In this document: in pieces, positions 12,562 to 24,935 of the stretch
Layout: each line of letters opens with the position of its first letter
How positions within the stretch are numbered: position 1 is the stretch's first letter
NCBI GenBank assembly: GCA_032718475.1
Contig: JAUCBJ010002171.1
Coordinates: 1-39,608, forward strand
Reading direction: 5' to 3'
From: Nemertoderma westbladi
Taxonomy: Eukaryota > Animalia > Xenacoelomorpha
Length of the DNA stretch: 39,608 nt
Program-made: the position numbers and the translations under genes
The notes under the pieces: model-generated
The model's input: the letters and a program-made list of their open reading frames with translations, nothing else
What the model was told of the DNA's origin: nothing
Database searches by the model: none

Positions 12562-15500
12562 CTGTAAAATAGTAATAATATTTTCAATATTTTAATATAA
12601 TATTTTCAAAATTTTTTTTTTTTTAATATTTGTTGAATTATCTATATTCCTGCGATTTATAGGTTTTCTGTGATTCTAAATTCAATGGTATTGAAATGGA
12701 AATAATCCAAGTAACGCAACAACCACTTTTCGTGCGGGCACCAAAAGTGGGTGCAGCACGAAATTTTCAAAATTATTTGTTTAGAAATATTCATTTCATG
12801 TAAATTATTACCTTTGCATTCACATTCACAGAAAACCTATACATCACAGGAATATAGATCGTACAATGAATACCGGTATATTAAATTTTTTTTTTTTGTG
12901 GAAATTTCGAGTAGCGGATGCACGCACGAAGAAAAATGGTAATTGCTATATTGCTATATGGTACTCCTATGAACTTCATTTCAAATCCATAGAATTCACA
13001 ATCACAGAAAACAAGTTTTATGACCAAATTTTGGTGCACGCACGAAAAATACCTGATAGGACTCTGAACTAAACAATAGACATATTGTACTCAACTCCAC
13101 ATCCCAAAAAGCGATATAGATTAGGATTTGTATGGTTTTGGGCAACTTTATAATTTACTCTATAATTATTTATATTTTAATTTAAAAAATCCTGACATGG
13201 GTGCGAGAATGGTCCTGTATAAAAAAAACAGGCAAGGTTAAAGCCACGGTTCTTTTTCATTAGAAAGAGGAATAAATTTGAGGAAAATTCAAGAAGTTTC
13301 AAGGTCATACATACCTCTAATCCTTTAGAAATACCAGCGGATTTTATAATGGTCTGGGCGGATCCCCCCCCCCCCCCCCCCAAGGTAGATAGGGTTAAGA
13401 TGCGTCTTAAGAAAGTCATGGGCTGTCCACCATGCTTATTCACTCCATGAGGCCACCAAAGCACGCACAAGATTATGCACTGGCTGGTCCTCACGGCGAT
13501 AGCAATGTCCTGCAAAGCGGGGGCGGCTTTGTTCAATATAGTGTATGGTTGGAGATGTGTGCATTGGACTTGACACAGTGAACCCGATGTGACATTCTTG
13601 TGAATGTGCTATCCGGAGATTGCAAAATAGCTGGTGTCAGCAGTTAGAGCCCAGCATGGACTCATATAGAGGAGTACTGGAACTACAGCTGCTCTAAATA
13701 ATCGGACCTTAAGTTTACGATGAATTCTGTGTGACTTCCAAATCCTGGAAAGCCCATTCAAGGCTGTGCATGCCTTTCCCTTATGTGTTCGAAGGTCCTC
13801 ACCAGACTTCCGGATCCATGATCCCAGGTAACAGAAGTCGTCCACATACTTAAGCATACCATCCTTTGAGCTTATGCTCATCCGGTCAGAGACTTGCTGA
13901 GGACTTTCAAAGTTAACTGTCAAAATTTTGGTCTTTTTGGAGAATAAAAAGACCAACACTAGAAGCAGCATGTTCTAATGAGCTGAGGAGCCGTTGGGCT
14001 CCCTCTAGTGATTCTGAGAGTACTCCTAAGTCATCAGCAAAGTCTAGATCAGTTAGGTACTTGGCAGGATTTCCTCGACTTCTGGAGCCAGTAGGTGGAG
14101 TTATCATCACCCCATCATCATTATGATGATCTAAGGACATGCGTAGAACATAGTCAACCACAATTATGAACAAGAATGGCGCAAGTGTGTGACCCTGGAG
14201 GACGACTCCCCATAACACTTCAAATGGTTCTGTGTCACCGTCAACAGTAGACACAAATGTTGTCGAACCATCATATACTGATCTGATTGCTGCAATAATT
14301 TCATCAGGAATCCCATATAATGAAAGTATCCTTAACATACGTGAGCGAGAGACTGAATCAAAGTCCTTGAAGAAGTCAACAAAGATACAGCCAGATGTAT
14401 GTCTTTCTTTTTTGATAACTTTTCAATAAATTATCCTTCTAAGTGCCAAAATGGGCTCCATGGTCCCACGAGCTTTACGGAACCCATTCTGATTTCCACG
14501 GAGCAGTCTATCAATGGGATCCCTGATGCGATTTAATAGAATTCAATATAGCTTTGCAGCAATCGAGATCAATGAGCTTCCCCGAAAAGAACTATAGAGT
14601 GTTAGGTGGCCCTTCTTGGGAACTGGCACCAACTTATTTGTTTTCATTTCTTGTGGGACTCTTGTTGTTCTGTACAATGTCTACTATGATGGGATAGATG
14701 AGCTTTAAACACTCAGGTATTTATTCCGGTTATATTCAGGTATCAGGGGGAACACCATCTACTCCACTGGCACGATTGGTTTTAATGATCTTTGCAGCAG
14801 CCTTCACTTCAGCAAAGGTGATATCACCAATAATGAGAATATCTGGGAGTACAGACTCAGACACTTTTACTTCTATAAAGTTATTGGGCAATACCCCGTC
14901 ATTATTGAGGTGCTTTTCAAAGTGGGCCTTCCAACCATTGAGGCGATCGGCTGGTGATTCTATTCTGCCTTCCAGTAGTCCTTCAAGTAACATAAAGGAC
15001 CCCCTTGGAAATAAGCTGCAAAGCTTTAGTGGTAATCCTATATGTTATGTTGGACAATACCTTTATACCGGTACATTGTTTGGTGTATTTGTTAATGTTT
15101 TTACATAATGTATAAATAAATCTATCTATCTATGCCTTAACCTTGATGATTGGTTGGCTTTTGTGATTGATATAATTGGTGTGTTGTGCATGAGATAAGT
15201 GCAATGTACGTTCGTAAGTTCAAAAGTCTAGTTTACTTCCAGAACAATACAGTTTTCGCAAAGGTCGCTCTACTACCCAGGCAGTAAAATACATATATGA
15301 ACGTATTAAATGCACTTTACAACCGAAAGGGGGACACGCATACTGCGTCTAGTTGTTCAGAATTATTTCCATATCATGAAAACTTTTAAAAAACAAAATT
15401 ACAATATTATACTACTGTGAATTCAATTATTGTAAAAATATTAACTAGCATTATAAATTAATCACAAACCTCATTTTTTGCAACAGAAATTATTTGTTTA

Positions 15501-18500
15501 TCATCAGGACTTAATACTCCATGTGTTACTGGATTGAGGTGGCCTGTAAGATGATTAAGGCTTTTTCCTGCTGTTTTAAAGTCCCACGTCTTCAAAGAAG
15601 TATCATTTGAAGCTGTTACAAATATATTTCCATTGTTTGCTAATTGCAAGTCAAGAATTACTTCATCGTCTCCATATTTACTGGTTGTCTGGTGACCTTG
15701 AAACCTTGTGATTTCTTCACCTGTTTCAACATCCATGTAGATGATAAAGCCTTTGTCATTGCTGCATACAAGTGTTCTATTATCTTTGGTTAATACAGTT
15801 CGCATAATGTAGTCAGCCTTAAGATTATATACGTTCGAGTCTACTTTCAGGATTTTACAAAGTCTAATGTCATTGCACATTGGCAACAAAAGTTGGTCTT
15901 TTATTTTATAGAACGTTGTTAGCCTCGTGTTTATTTTATGATCTGCTACCAAATGTCCAGTCAAGTATTTATATATCCTCAATGACTCTGCAAATCGTTC
16001 ACCTTCTATGATAGTACAATGTTCATTATCAATACTTCGAATTCCACAACCAAGCGATTGGTTATGTTTTGGAAATCCCTTCAACATTTCCTGTGTTTGC
16101 AAATCGAAAACCGCCCAATCAAATCCCCCTTGAACAAGAAGATGTTTACCATTGTAGCTAATATCTATCGATCTTATACTATGTTTGTATTCTACGAAAG
16201 AAGGTATTATTGAAATCTCCTTGGATGTTGTAAGATCATATATTACCACGTTGGTACCTTCTGAGTTTATATAGACACATTTGCTTTCTTTACTGTATAT
16301 ATGAGCTCGTTGTGTCAACTGTCTCAAGTAAGGCGATTTATCTGCTTCTGCTTCTTCTGAAGCAACTGATTGTGCTCCATCTTCGTCTTCTCCTTCATCA
16401 TTAATGATCTCAATGTTGTCTATATTCCATATCTTTATTGTGTTATCATCGCTTCCAGTTATTGCCAGTGTGCTGTTTGGTAGATCTATCAGTTTCAGTG
16501 TGTTTACTGATTGAGTATGTGGTAACAGAGCTACAAAATTTGTACTTTCATAACCACTCCTCTCATCTAGTCTTGGTGGCTTGCTTACTAGCCCCGCTTT
16601 GTCGCTGGTATCGCAAGTCACCACGAATTTCTCATCACTGGTCCAATGCCAATCATTGCATCTCGATCCTGACACCCAAAAATGTCTTTCAACTTTTGCA
16701 TCTGATTTACCACCACTATCTATTAGCTCCTTTACGTTAAAAACATCCGAATAACTATTATAAAGGTAAATTACCCTGTCTTCATCTCTCCATATGATGC
16801 TATTAGGGGTGCATTCTGAGTCATCACGAAACCTATAAACCGTATTTGGATTGTGTAGATCGAGGATGGCGTAGTATTCCATGTTATAGGCAAGGTATCG
16901 TAGGTTTGGTGATACACTTAAGGATTGGGGTGAATGGTAGTCTGGATTGTCGCTGTCTTGCACGGTGTAGATCAATTTTCCAGAGTAAAATTCCCAAAGC
17001 TTTATTGTCTTGTCTTTATTATCTCCACTTGTGGTGATTAGTTTTTCACCATATTTATTTGCTCCAATTTCCATTCCAGTAATTTTGTCGTTGTGTGCCC
17101 TTACCATTGGGTACAATATATCTCCATTTTCCAGCGAATATACAGCAAAATAATACTCCCTCTCATACGTTGAAGATACCACTTTTTCGGAATACATATC
17201 AACCAGCACATGTTGACAGTCATTAGTAAATTTTGCTCTGAGATTCCCAATGCCAGTATGACCCTTTAAACACAGAAACAAATCACCAGTCTCAGTGTTC
17301 CATATATTGATCTAAAAAAATAAATGATTTAATAAATAAAATATTATTTATATACATCTTACATCAGAAGAATGAACCTGCCAGATTTTATATGGTAATT
17401 AACCTGCGACTAAGGCAACAACAAACCTCAGGTCCGCGCTGTTTCTCCTCTTGACTGCGGTAACTGGCTGTAAGAACCAACAGATCATCTGGTGTGAAAT
17501 AAACATCCCACAGTGGATGTTCATGATGGTTGGATAATGTGTGGAAGAGCACTCCGGTGTTAACCTCCCAAATCCGTGCAGTGAGATCCTTTGAGCCTGA
17601 TACAATGGTCCGTCCATGTGTGCTCACTGCCAGAGATACAACTGCCTTTGTGTGGCCATGTAGATGGCTTTGCAACAAGCCCCCTACCTTAGGGTAGCAA
17701 TTGTTTAAGACCATAGCTACTAGGGTGTCTTCTTGGCCACCTTTCTTGATGCAATCGTTGACAAGTCGCTGTAGATATGGCATGTTATTGTCATCCTTCA
17801 ATCTGCCGACAACTTCCAACATTAAGTTGTATGGATTCTCACGCATAGCAGATGCACCTGATTGCAAAGCATCGTGTAAATCCTTAATTTCATTGTCCTG
17901 AGGCCAAACTGCCAGTGCCATTCCAAAATCCTGTAGTACTTCTCCCAAACTCATACCTAACAGTTTGCTTAACAGGAAATCCATATTGAACAAAACATAT
18001 TCTTTTAATAATGTCAAGTTGTTACCTTTTATCAAATGAAATGGCAATTGTTCTAATTTCCTGGTGTTATATCGAAAAGTATTTTCTTTCTTGCTACCAA
18101 ACGTTAGAGGTTGTGCCGCAACTTTTCTGTCTTCTTCAGCAGTTGGGCCAACTTGAAATTGTTTTTGTTTAGAACTTGAATATACGACCTGCTTTTTAGC
18201 GCCTTGACTCCAGACACCTGCAAAATATTGGGCACAAATCCCGTGTAGTTTATCATGAATATACGACCTGCTTTTTAGCGCCTTGACTCCAGACACCTGC
18301 AAAATATTGGGCACAAATCCCGTGTAGTTTATCATTATTTTCCTTGTCAGAAAGGTAGCGATCTTTGGCACACTCGATAAACTGTCTGTGGTACCAGTAG
18401 ATAACCTGCACTTCTTCAGCTTCTCTCTCAACGATATAATCTCCCAATTCGTTGCGAATTCTAGTCCACAGCAACGGGGGGATCCTTCTGATTGGTGGAA

Positions 18501-21500
18501 GCCAATACATATAGACGTCATCAAGAACATCTTCATCTAGGCTGAGAATGTCCTCCAATTCGGCCTCACTCAACCCACTCTGCGATAAAGTAAGGAATGC
18601 AAATGCATGGCTGACTAATGTTTTCCCGTAGTAATTCTCAATGTTTGTGAAGATCTGATTTATTATTTGTGTGATTGATGGTGCTAAAGCAGTTAAGTTT
18701 GGCGAATCATAACTATGCCAACTCACACACTTGTCACAAACTAGTTTTACATATAATGGTAGACTGCAGGATTCGATTGCGATATTCACTATTGACGATT
18801 GGTTATCAGAAATCTGACGTTGTTTGGTCTGCAACCAACTTGATATTATTTCTAAGCTTTCTTGTTTTGACAGTGAAACAACTTCAAGCCCTGTAAAATG
18901 TAATTTAATAATGTTAGTTGTCTTCAAGAATGAATGAAAATCAACGTCGTTGTACACAATTTATTCTATGTAGACCCTCTCAACAGAGAAATAAAACATC
19001 CGTTAAAAAAATGTATATTTACAAAAACATTACTGCAGTTGCACCCGAAAACTAATGGCTTATGTTATACGTAATATGTATTAGAAATGAAACATCCTGT
19101 TACGGCAAATATAGTGTAACAGGTATGGATATATAACTCCTACCATTTTCCTGATGAAGCAATAACTTACATGAGTCTGGCCGGGTCAAACTGTCAGTGT
19201 TAATAGTGACAAATCGACAAATGTTAAATGTCACCCAACTTGACTACATCAAAAAACCAACCAAATGAAGTAAATTGTCAATTTTGGAATGAAATATTAT
19301 GTACTCTAGTAAAATCATGTATATGGGAACTCACTACTATTGTTTGGGTATATTCGGTTAATTGTATTCAGTATGTTGTATTCATCTGGCAGACAGGACA
19401 ACACTACAACGCAATAAGGAGGTAAACTTCTGGGTAGCCAGCCCAGTTTATGGGCACCTTCAGCCGCTGAGAGTTGATCCAGGGAGTCTAGAAATATAAC
19501 CAGTGGTCTTGTTGCTGTGGCCACGTGTAGCATCTAAACAAATAACGATTATTATTAATGTGGGGCGAGCCACATTTCGTTTGCAAAGCCTTATAATGCG
19601 GCTGGCATTGTATCTGTAAGGACAAATGAAAGAAAAGTATAAGAAGGTTAAGAAGTGAAGAAGGCAAATTGAGAGTTAATTTAGGTAATCAAAAACAAAC
19701 TAAATCGTATTTGTTGTATGTCGATACGCAACGATTTGAAACAAATTACTTATTAGTATACAAACTGAATGCAGGCTGTTGGTCTAACTGCATTTATAGG
19801 CAAAGCGAACGAAGGTTAATTTTTTGTATTAATGCAAAAACAGAATGGAGGAAGGATTTACTGCGGAAGATCACCCATAATGGTGATCAGGCATTCCTTT
19901 AGGAAACAGAATGGAAGGGTTTACTGTGGAAGATCACCCATGGTGGTGAACGAACAGCATTCATTTAGTAAACAGGTTGGAAGGGTTTACTGTGGAAGAT
20001 CACCCATGGTGGTGAACCGTCATTCCTTTAGGAAACACAATGGAAGGGTTTACTGTGGAAGATCACCCATGGTGGTGAACAGGCATTCCTTTAGGGAACA
20101 GAGTGGAAGGGTTTACTGTGGAAGATCACCCATGGAGGTGAACAGGCATTCCTTTAATAAACATATTGGAAGGGTTTACTGTGGGAGATCACCCATGGTG
20201 TTGAACAGGCATTCCTTTAGGGAACAGAGTGGAAGGGTTTACTGTGGAAGATCACCCATGGAGGTGAACAGGCATTCCTTTAATAAACATATTGGAAGGG
20301 TTTACTGTGGGAGATGACCCATGGTGTTGAACAGGCATTCCTTTAGGGAACAGAGTGGAAGGGTTTACTGTGGAAGATCACCAAGGGTGGTGAACAGGCA
20401 TTCCTTTAGGAAACAGAGTGGAAGGGTTTACTGTGGAAGATCACCCATGGTGGCGAACATACATTCATTTAGGAAACAGAGTGGAAGGGTTTACTGTGGA
20501 AGATCACCCATGGTGGTAAACAGGCATTCCTTTAGGAAACAGAGTGGAAGGGTTTACTGTGGAAGATCACCAATGGTGGTGAACAGGCATTCCTTTAGGA
20601 AACAGAATGGAAGGGTTTATTTACTGTGGAAGATCACCCATGATGGTGAACAGGCATTCCTTTGGGAAACAGAGTGGAAGGTTTACTGTGGAAGATCACC
20701 CATGGTAGTGAACATGCATTCCTTTGGGAAACAGGGTGGAAGGGTTTACTATAACAAAATCACCCATGGTGGTGAACTGACATTCCTTTAGTAAACATAT
20801 TGGAAGAGTTTACGGTAGAAGATCACCCATGGTGGTGAACACGCAATCCTTGGCCTAACGAGCCTAAAAGATTCACACATTCAAAACAGAAAGAAGATTT
20901 TGTTGTATGAACCTTACCAAAAACAAACTGAAGATACATTATGCTGTATTGATTCTACTGTATCACAAACTCGGTATTTAAGAAATTTAACCAAACACCA
21001 GTAAATCAAAGAGAGGGGAATAAAGCCCCCCCCCCCCCCCCCCCCCCTTCAACCTCCCTCTTAATCTGCACCACCCCAACCCAAAGGCGCACACAGGATT
21101 GATGAAAGGCAGGTATTATCAGAAATTTGTGTTTTAAAAGTAATATGTTATATTCATTTTTATTTTTAATATAACACAAAATAGAACTGGAAGCGATTCA
21201 CAAATATACAAACAGCACAAATTTCTAGCAAAAATAATTAAAGATCGCATATTATTTAATTTATTTAACCATCAAAGAAATCAATAAACTCATGTTATTG
21301 GTAACATGTTAAACTCATAAAGTAATATATTAAATATTTTAGGCGTGGAGGCGACCCAATTTGTAAGAAATATTAAAACTTACCTTATGCCGATAGTATT
21401 GATACTGAAATATTAATTTATCATGTCAACGCCTCAACGAAATTATTTAGCTAATTATTCTAAAGAATCACGATTAAATACTCAGCCAATCATTTTGTAA

Positions 21501-24500
21501 GGTAAACACAATAAGCAAGGTTAAGCTCTCTTATTAGTCTGGCTCATTACATTGCTGCCTAATGAGTAGTGGTGAGCTGGTGGTTGGACTGGTTCCCAGT
21601 TGGCTAGGCAATAGCAAGCATGCCTTGGAATAAGGGAGCTAGTGTAGAGTGACGGCTGACGGGGTATTTTAATAACTTAATTACGTTTAGATCAATTAAA
21701 AACACATTTCTTAAAGCAAATCACTTGAACTAATTAAAAACTATAATGGAATGGGGGTATGGGGATTACAGCTGTATAATTTTTAAGTATAATTATTTAT
21801 ATCTTATACTATAAAATAATTAATTTCCATTAAAAGTCATGTTGAAAATGCTGTTTTTACCCTAACCAACTTAATTAATTTTAATTAATTATTAACTGCT
21901 ATTATCTTAGCTTCTCGAAGGCCACACGTAAATTCAACTTGGAAAATTTCTAAACTTTTGCCAGACAACATGTGTACCAAGTTTGGTTAAATTATATCGA
22001 GATTTGGCCGAGTTATTAACGTTTAAAATTGAACACAACAGAACAACAGACACACCGATTGAGTTAGTGGTACCCGTATGCTAAGCTCGCTTACTTTCGT
22101 GGCTCGCCCCACAAACTGGTCATTCAAACGTTTGATATCTGCGCCCATTTCCATTAGTAATTTGACCGTAACTTTTGCTCTAATGGTTTCACCTTAAATG
22201 TTGCTACTTACCTCTCCAAATGCCTTAGCTAATTCAAAGTAACCATTCCCAACATGTTGCCAACGACGTGTTTCTTCCACGTAGGATTGAGATATTTGTT
22301 GTATTAAAGAATGCAGTAACTTCCTAATATTAGTACTATCCGGCGTGGTACCCATAAAACTAAAAAACGTTAATAACGTGTATTTTTAGGCATGAAGAAC
22401 ATTTTAACATATTTTTTGACTGATCTTAGCTTCTAGGTACTTGTATATAATGCCCAAATGTGGTGGTGAATGTGTGTAATTCACCACTTCTAATTTTTTT
22501 TTGGCATTATAAGATATTTACATTATGTATGTATCTTATATCACTAACAAAAATATGTATGTAATAATATGTATGTATGCTGTATTAATTTAATAATATG
22601 TATGTATGCTGTATTAATTTAATAATATGTATGTATGCTGTATTAATTTAATACTATGTATGTATGCTGTATTAATTTAATAATATGTATGTATGCTGTA
22701 TTAATTTAATACTATGTATGTATGCTGTATTAATTTAATACTATGTATGTATGCTGTATTAATTTAATAATATGTATGCTCATGCATACATATTGAATGG
22801 ACATGCACCATCGCATTCGGCACAATATTATGAAGTTATAGGGATTAAAATATATATCTGGGTGTATATGAAAAATCCTACTCACCGTGCTATAAGTACC
22901 GCCTTCTTCACCCATTGACTATTCGTTTGATAGACAGACTTTGCTATTATACTAGTTTTTCCACTCCCGGAAGCCCCATAGACAACCATGGGTTTACTAC
23001 CGCCAGTGTTGCACCCCGCTGCTGTTTTCACATACTCGTAAATCTTGTTCAAGAGAACCTCGCGACCGTGAAATAATTCGCATCGCTTTTTCGCGAAGGT
23101 CAAATGTTGAAGAATTTCACGGTAGATAGGAATAGCACTGACAGATAATGTCTGTTTCTCGACAGCTCTCTCTATCAAACTAACTGTGTTGCTATAAAAG
23201 GACTCCAAGAAATTATCTAAATATTTTTTGTGTTCTGGAATCATGTCCACATCCAATCCATTGCTAGCGAATCGATCAATTTCACTGACAATTAAATTAG
23301 GCTCATCAAGGTGTTTCTTCACTCCTTCATGAATCATAGTAGTTAAGTAAGTTTCAGCCTCGACGTCCACTTCTCTTGTTTCGTAATCTAGATCGATATA
23401 ATTTACAACTGACGGAAGAGAGAGTTTATCAGTTAGGTCTTTAAACTTTCGCACGAAACACAAACAATGGTCCTGCGTGTCTGGACATTGGAGAATCCCA
23501 TGATAAACTTCATCATGTGTAACCGATATGGCATATGAATCTGATTGCGCCGTTGTAAATACTCCTTTATTTTTTAGATCTTTGGCAGCCGTTTTCAACA
23601 TCGATTGTAACTTAGCGAATATAACCCACCATTGAGCTCGAGCTGTCCGCATTGCCTCTGGGTTTTCATTGTTCGTAAAATCCGGCAATATCGATGAGAT
23701 TGGTTTTAATACGTAAACCGCCTCTAAAGAGTTATTATCCCTTTGGAACCACTCGTCCATGAGGTCGACACCATCGGGTTGTAGTGTCCCTGACAGTATG
23801 GCGTCCCGCATTGGGACAAACTGGCTCGCCGGTATGCGTGGCGGGAACGGCCGGTAGCCGTACTTCTGGCAAAGAAAGGCGACGAAGTTGGGTCCCACGG
23901 AGAGGCGTTGGCACGCGGAGATCTCTCGGAGACACAACTCCGAGGTTAGGTGGTCGTCTGTAGCCTCGTCTCGTATACCCCAGCGCATGTCCACCACCTG
24001 TCGGGGGGGGGGGGGGGATTAAATTTATATATTATAACCAAAAAGCTACATTGAACGCCGTTTTCGGGCTGTATAAGTAATAACACATATTGAATCAGTC
24101 AAAAGGGTCTTTACCACCACCGACTAACAGAAAAAATGGTTTATCTTCACACTATTAACAATTTTACCTCACAGAGGCTTCATAAAATAAAATATAAAGT
24201 TTATGTAAAAATTTGAGTAATTTAAAGTCATTTTCTGTTAGTAGGTGGTAAAGTGGTGAAGACCCTCTTAACTTATTTAACATATATAATATTATCTTAT
24301 AAGTCATATCATGTCCAAAATAATTGGGAAAGTGGTGATTACAATTAATGTCGCCTACTACTAGCAACACATAAAACAATAAGCGATAATTATTGGCTGG
24401 TGACGAAATAACTGACTGTTTTCGGTTAAATAAATTAATAAACCACAAGCGATATGAAGTGTAATTAAAAAATGTTAAATAGTAATTAAATAATAACTTT

Positions 24501-24895
24501 GTGATAATAAAATGATTATTGCTTTTGTCTTGTGGGGCGAGTCAAAACTGCGAGCCATCAGAGAGCTGTTATAATTATACAATGGCCGTTTTCTAAAAGT
24601 GTGTGTCATTGTGTCGGAAACCAATATATAACTAGCTATAGTATAATTATAATTGTTCCGATACGAAATATTGGCGATACGAAACGAACAATTTTAAAAT
24701 TACCTGAAACTGCAGCCCCAGTTTAGATGCGCAATAGTCCTTAAGACGAGGGTAGATTTGTTCCATCAGGGCATTTCTTTCCACCGTGGTGTCGGTAAAT
24801 GTTGAGCTGGTAAATATACGTACGAGATTAGAGTTTGGCACCGGCAAATCCCTATCCAGTCTCCCCTCCAACAAATCCTCCTTGAGATCCGTCAT
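12193..24895 (-). CDS. NACHT and WD-repeat domain protein (NWD1/NWD2-like; DUF4062-NACHT-WD40), ~1748 aa if the 79-nt duplication is removed
   Basis: Exons 24704-24895, 22886-23997, 22212-22359, 19335-19533, 18297-18890 + 17427-18217, 15470-17311, 12193-12561. All are GT-AG with consistent phases (5247 nt). Motifs: VRIFTSSTFTD..ERNAL..VDMRWG, Walker A GASGSGKTS, Walker B LVIFLDSLDQL, many GH..WD repeats. Confidence 0.88.
12640..13050. mobile_element. MITE/foldback-like element with nested inverted repeats
   Basis: 12640-12673 is inverted versus 12826-12859. TTTTCGTGCGGGCACCAAAA (~12727) is inverted versus TTTTGGTGCACGCACGAAAA (~13030) with 1 mismatch. Confidence 0.55.
13400..15000 (-). mobile_element. 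Degenerate 5'-truncated LINE reverse transcriptase (RTE-like) in the last NWD intron
   Basis: Frameshifted RT motifs: ASGVDG, FVDFFKDFDSV, GVVLQGHTLAPFLFIIVVD, DLDFADDL, VDDFCYLGS, KVRLFRAAVVPVLLY. Confidence 0.88.
15470..17311 (-). CDS. NWD-like gene, WD40-rich exon
   Basis: ttttttag|ATC acceptor, GAG|GTTTGT donor, 614 open codons with WD repeats. Confidence 0.9.
17427..18890 (-). CDS. NWD-like gene, post-NACHT helical/first WD exon, interrupted by a 79-bp tandem duplication
   Basis: ttttacag|GG acceptor, GAG|GTTTGT donor. Motifs GLSEAELEDILSLDEDVL, PPLLWTRIR, YWYHRQF, GHTKAV. Confidence 0.85.
18177..18335. repeat. Perfect 79-bp direct tandem duplication within NWD coding sequence
   Basis: TGAATATACGACCTG...TAGTTTATCA starts at both 18177 and 18256. 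Confidence 0.95.
19335..19533 (-). CDS. NWD-like gene, exon 4 (NACHT Walker B)
   Basis: RPLVIFLDSLDQLS..WLP; tttag|ATG acceptor, A|GTGAGT donor. Confidence 0.88.
19559..22113. mobile_element. Region bounded by 15-bp perfect inverted repeats (TGTGGGGCGAGCCAC), Helentron/HINE- or MITE-like
   Basis: 19559-19573 versus 22099-22113. Related GCTCGC..CTCGCCCC(A/G)CA ends near 24530 (-) and 39486-39512 (+). Confidence 0.45.
19836..20850. repeat. 63-bp minisatellite, ~16 copies
   Basis: Unit GGAAGGGTTTACTGTGGAAGATCACCCATGGTGGTGAACAGGCATTCCTTTAGGAAACAGAGT. Confidence 0.95.
22212..22359 (-). CDS. NWD-like gene, exon 3
   Basis: R|FMGTTPDSTNIRKLLHSLIQQI; tttttag| acceptor and GAG|GTAAGT donor; phases 2/0 match neighbouring exons. 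Confidence 0.88.
22562..22779. repeat. 29-bp tandem repeat, ~7 copies
   Basis: Unit TAATATGTATGTATGCTGTATTAATTTAA. Confidence 0.93.
22886..23997 (-). CDS. NWD-like gene, exon 2 (DUF4062 to Walker A)
   Basis: VDMRWG, QKYGYRP, GASGSGKTS; poly-C..gacag| acceptor, CG|GTGAGT donor. Confidence 0.92.
24704..24895 (-). CDS. NWD-like gene, first coding exon
   Basis: ATG at 24895, VRIFTSSTFTD; CAG|GTAATT donor. Confidence 0.88.
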
Positions 24896-24935
24896 GTTTT
24901 TCTTGGTGTAATATTATGGTTTTGTTCAGAAGTGG

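Noticed and set aside
13364-24017. Poly-C/G runs at ~13364, ~21026 and ~24003
   Set aside because: Simple homopolymers. The last merely serves as the pyrimidine tract of the NWD exon 2 acceptor.
12193-24895. TEP1 orthologue
   Set aside because: The protein starts at the DUF4062-like region with no TROVE/VWA domain; size and motifs fit NWD1/NWD2.
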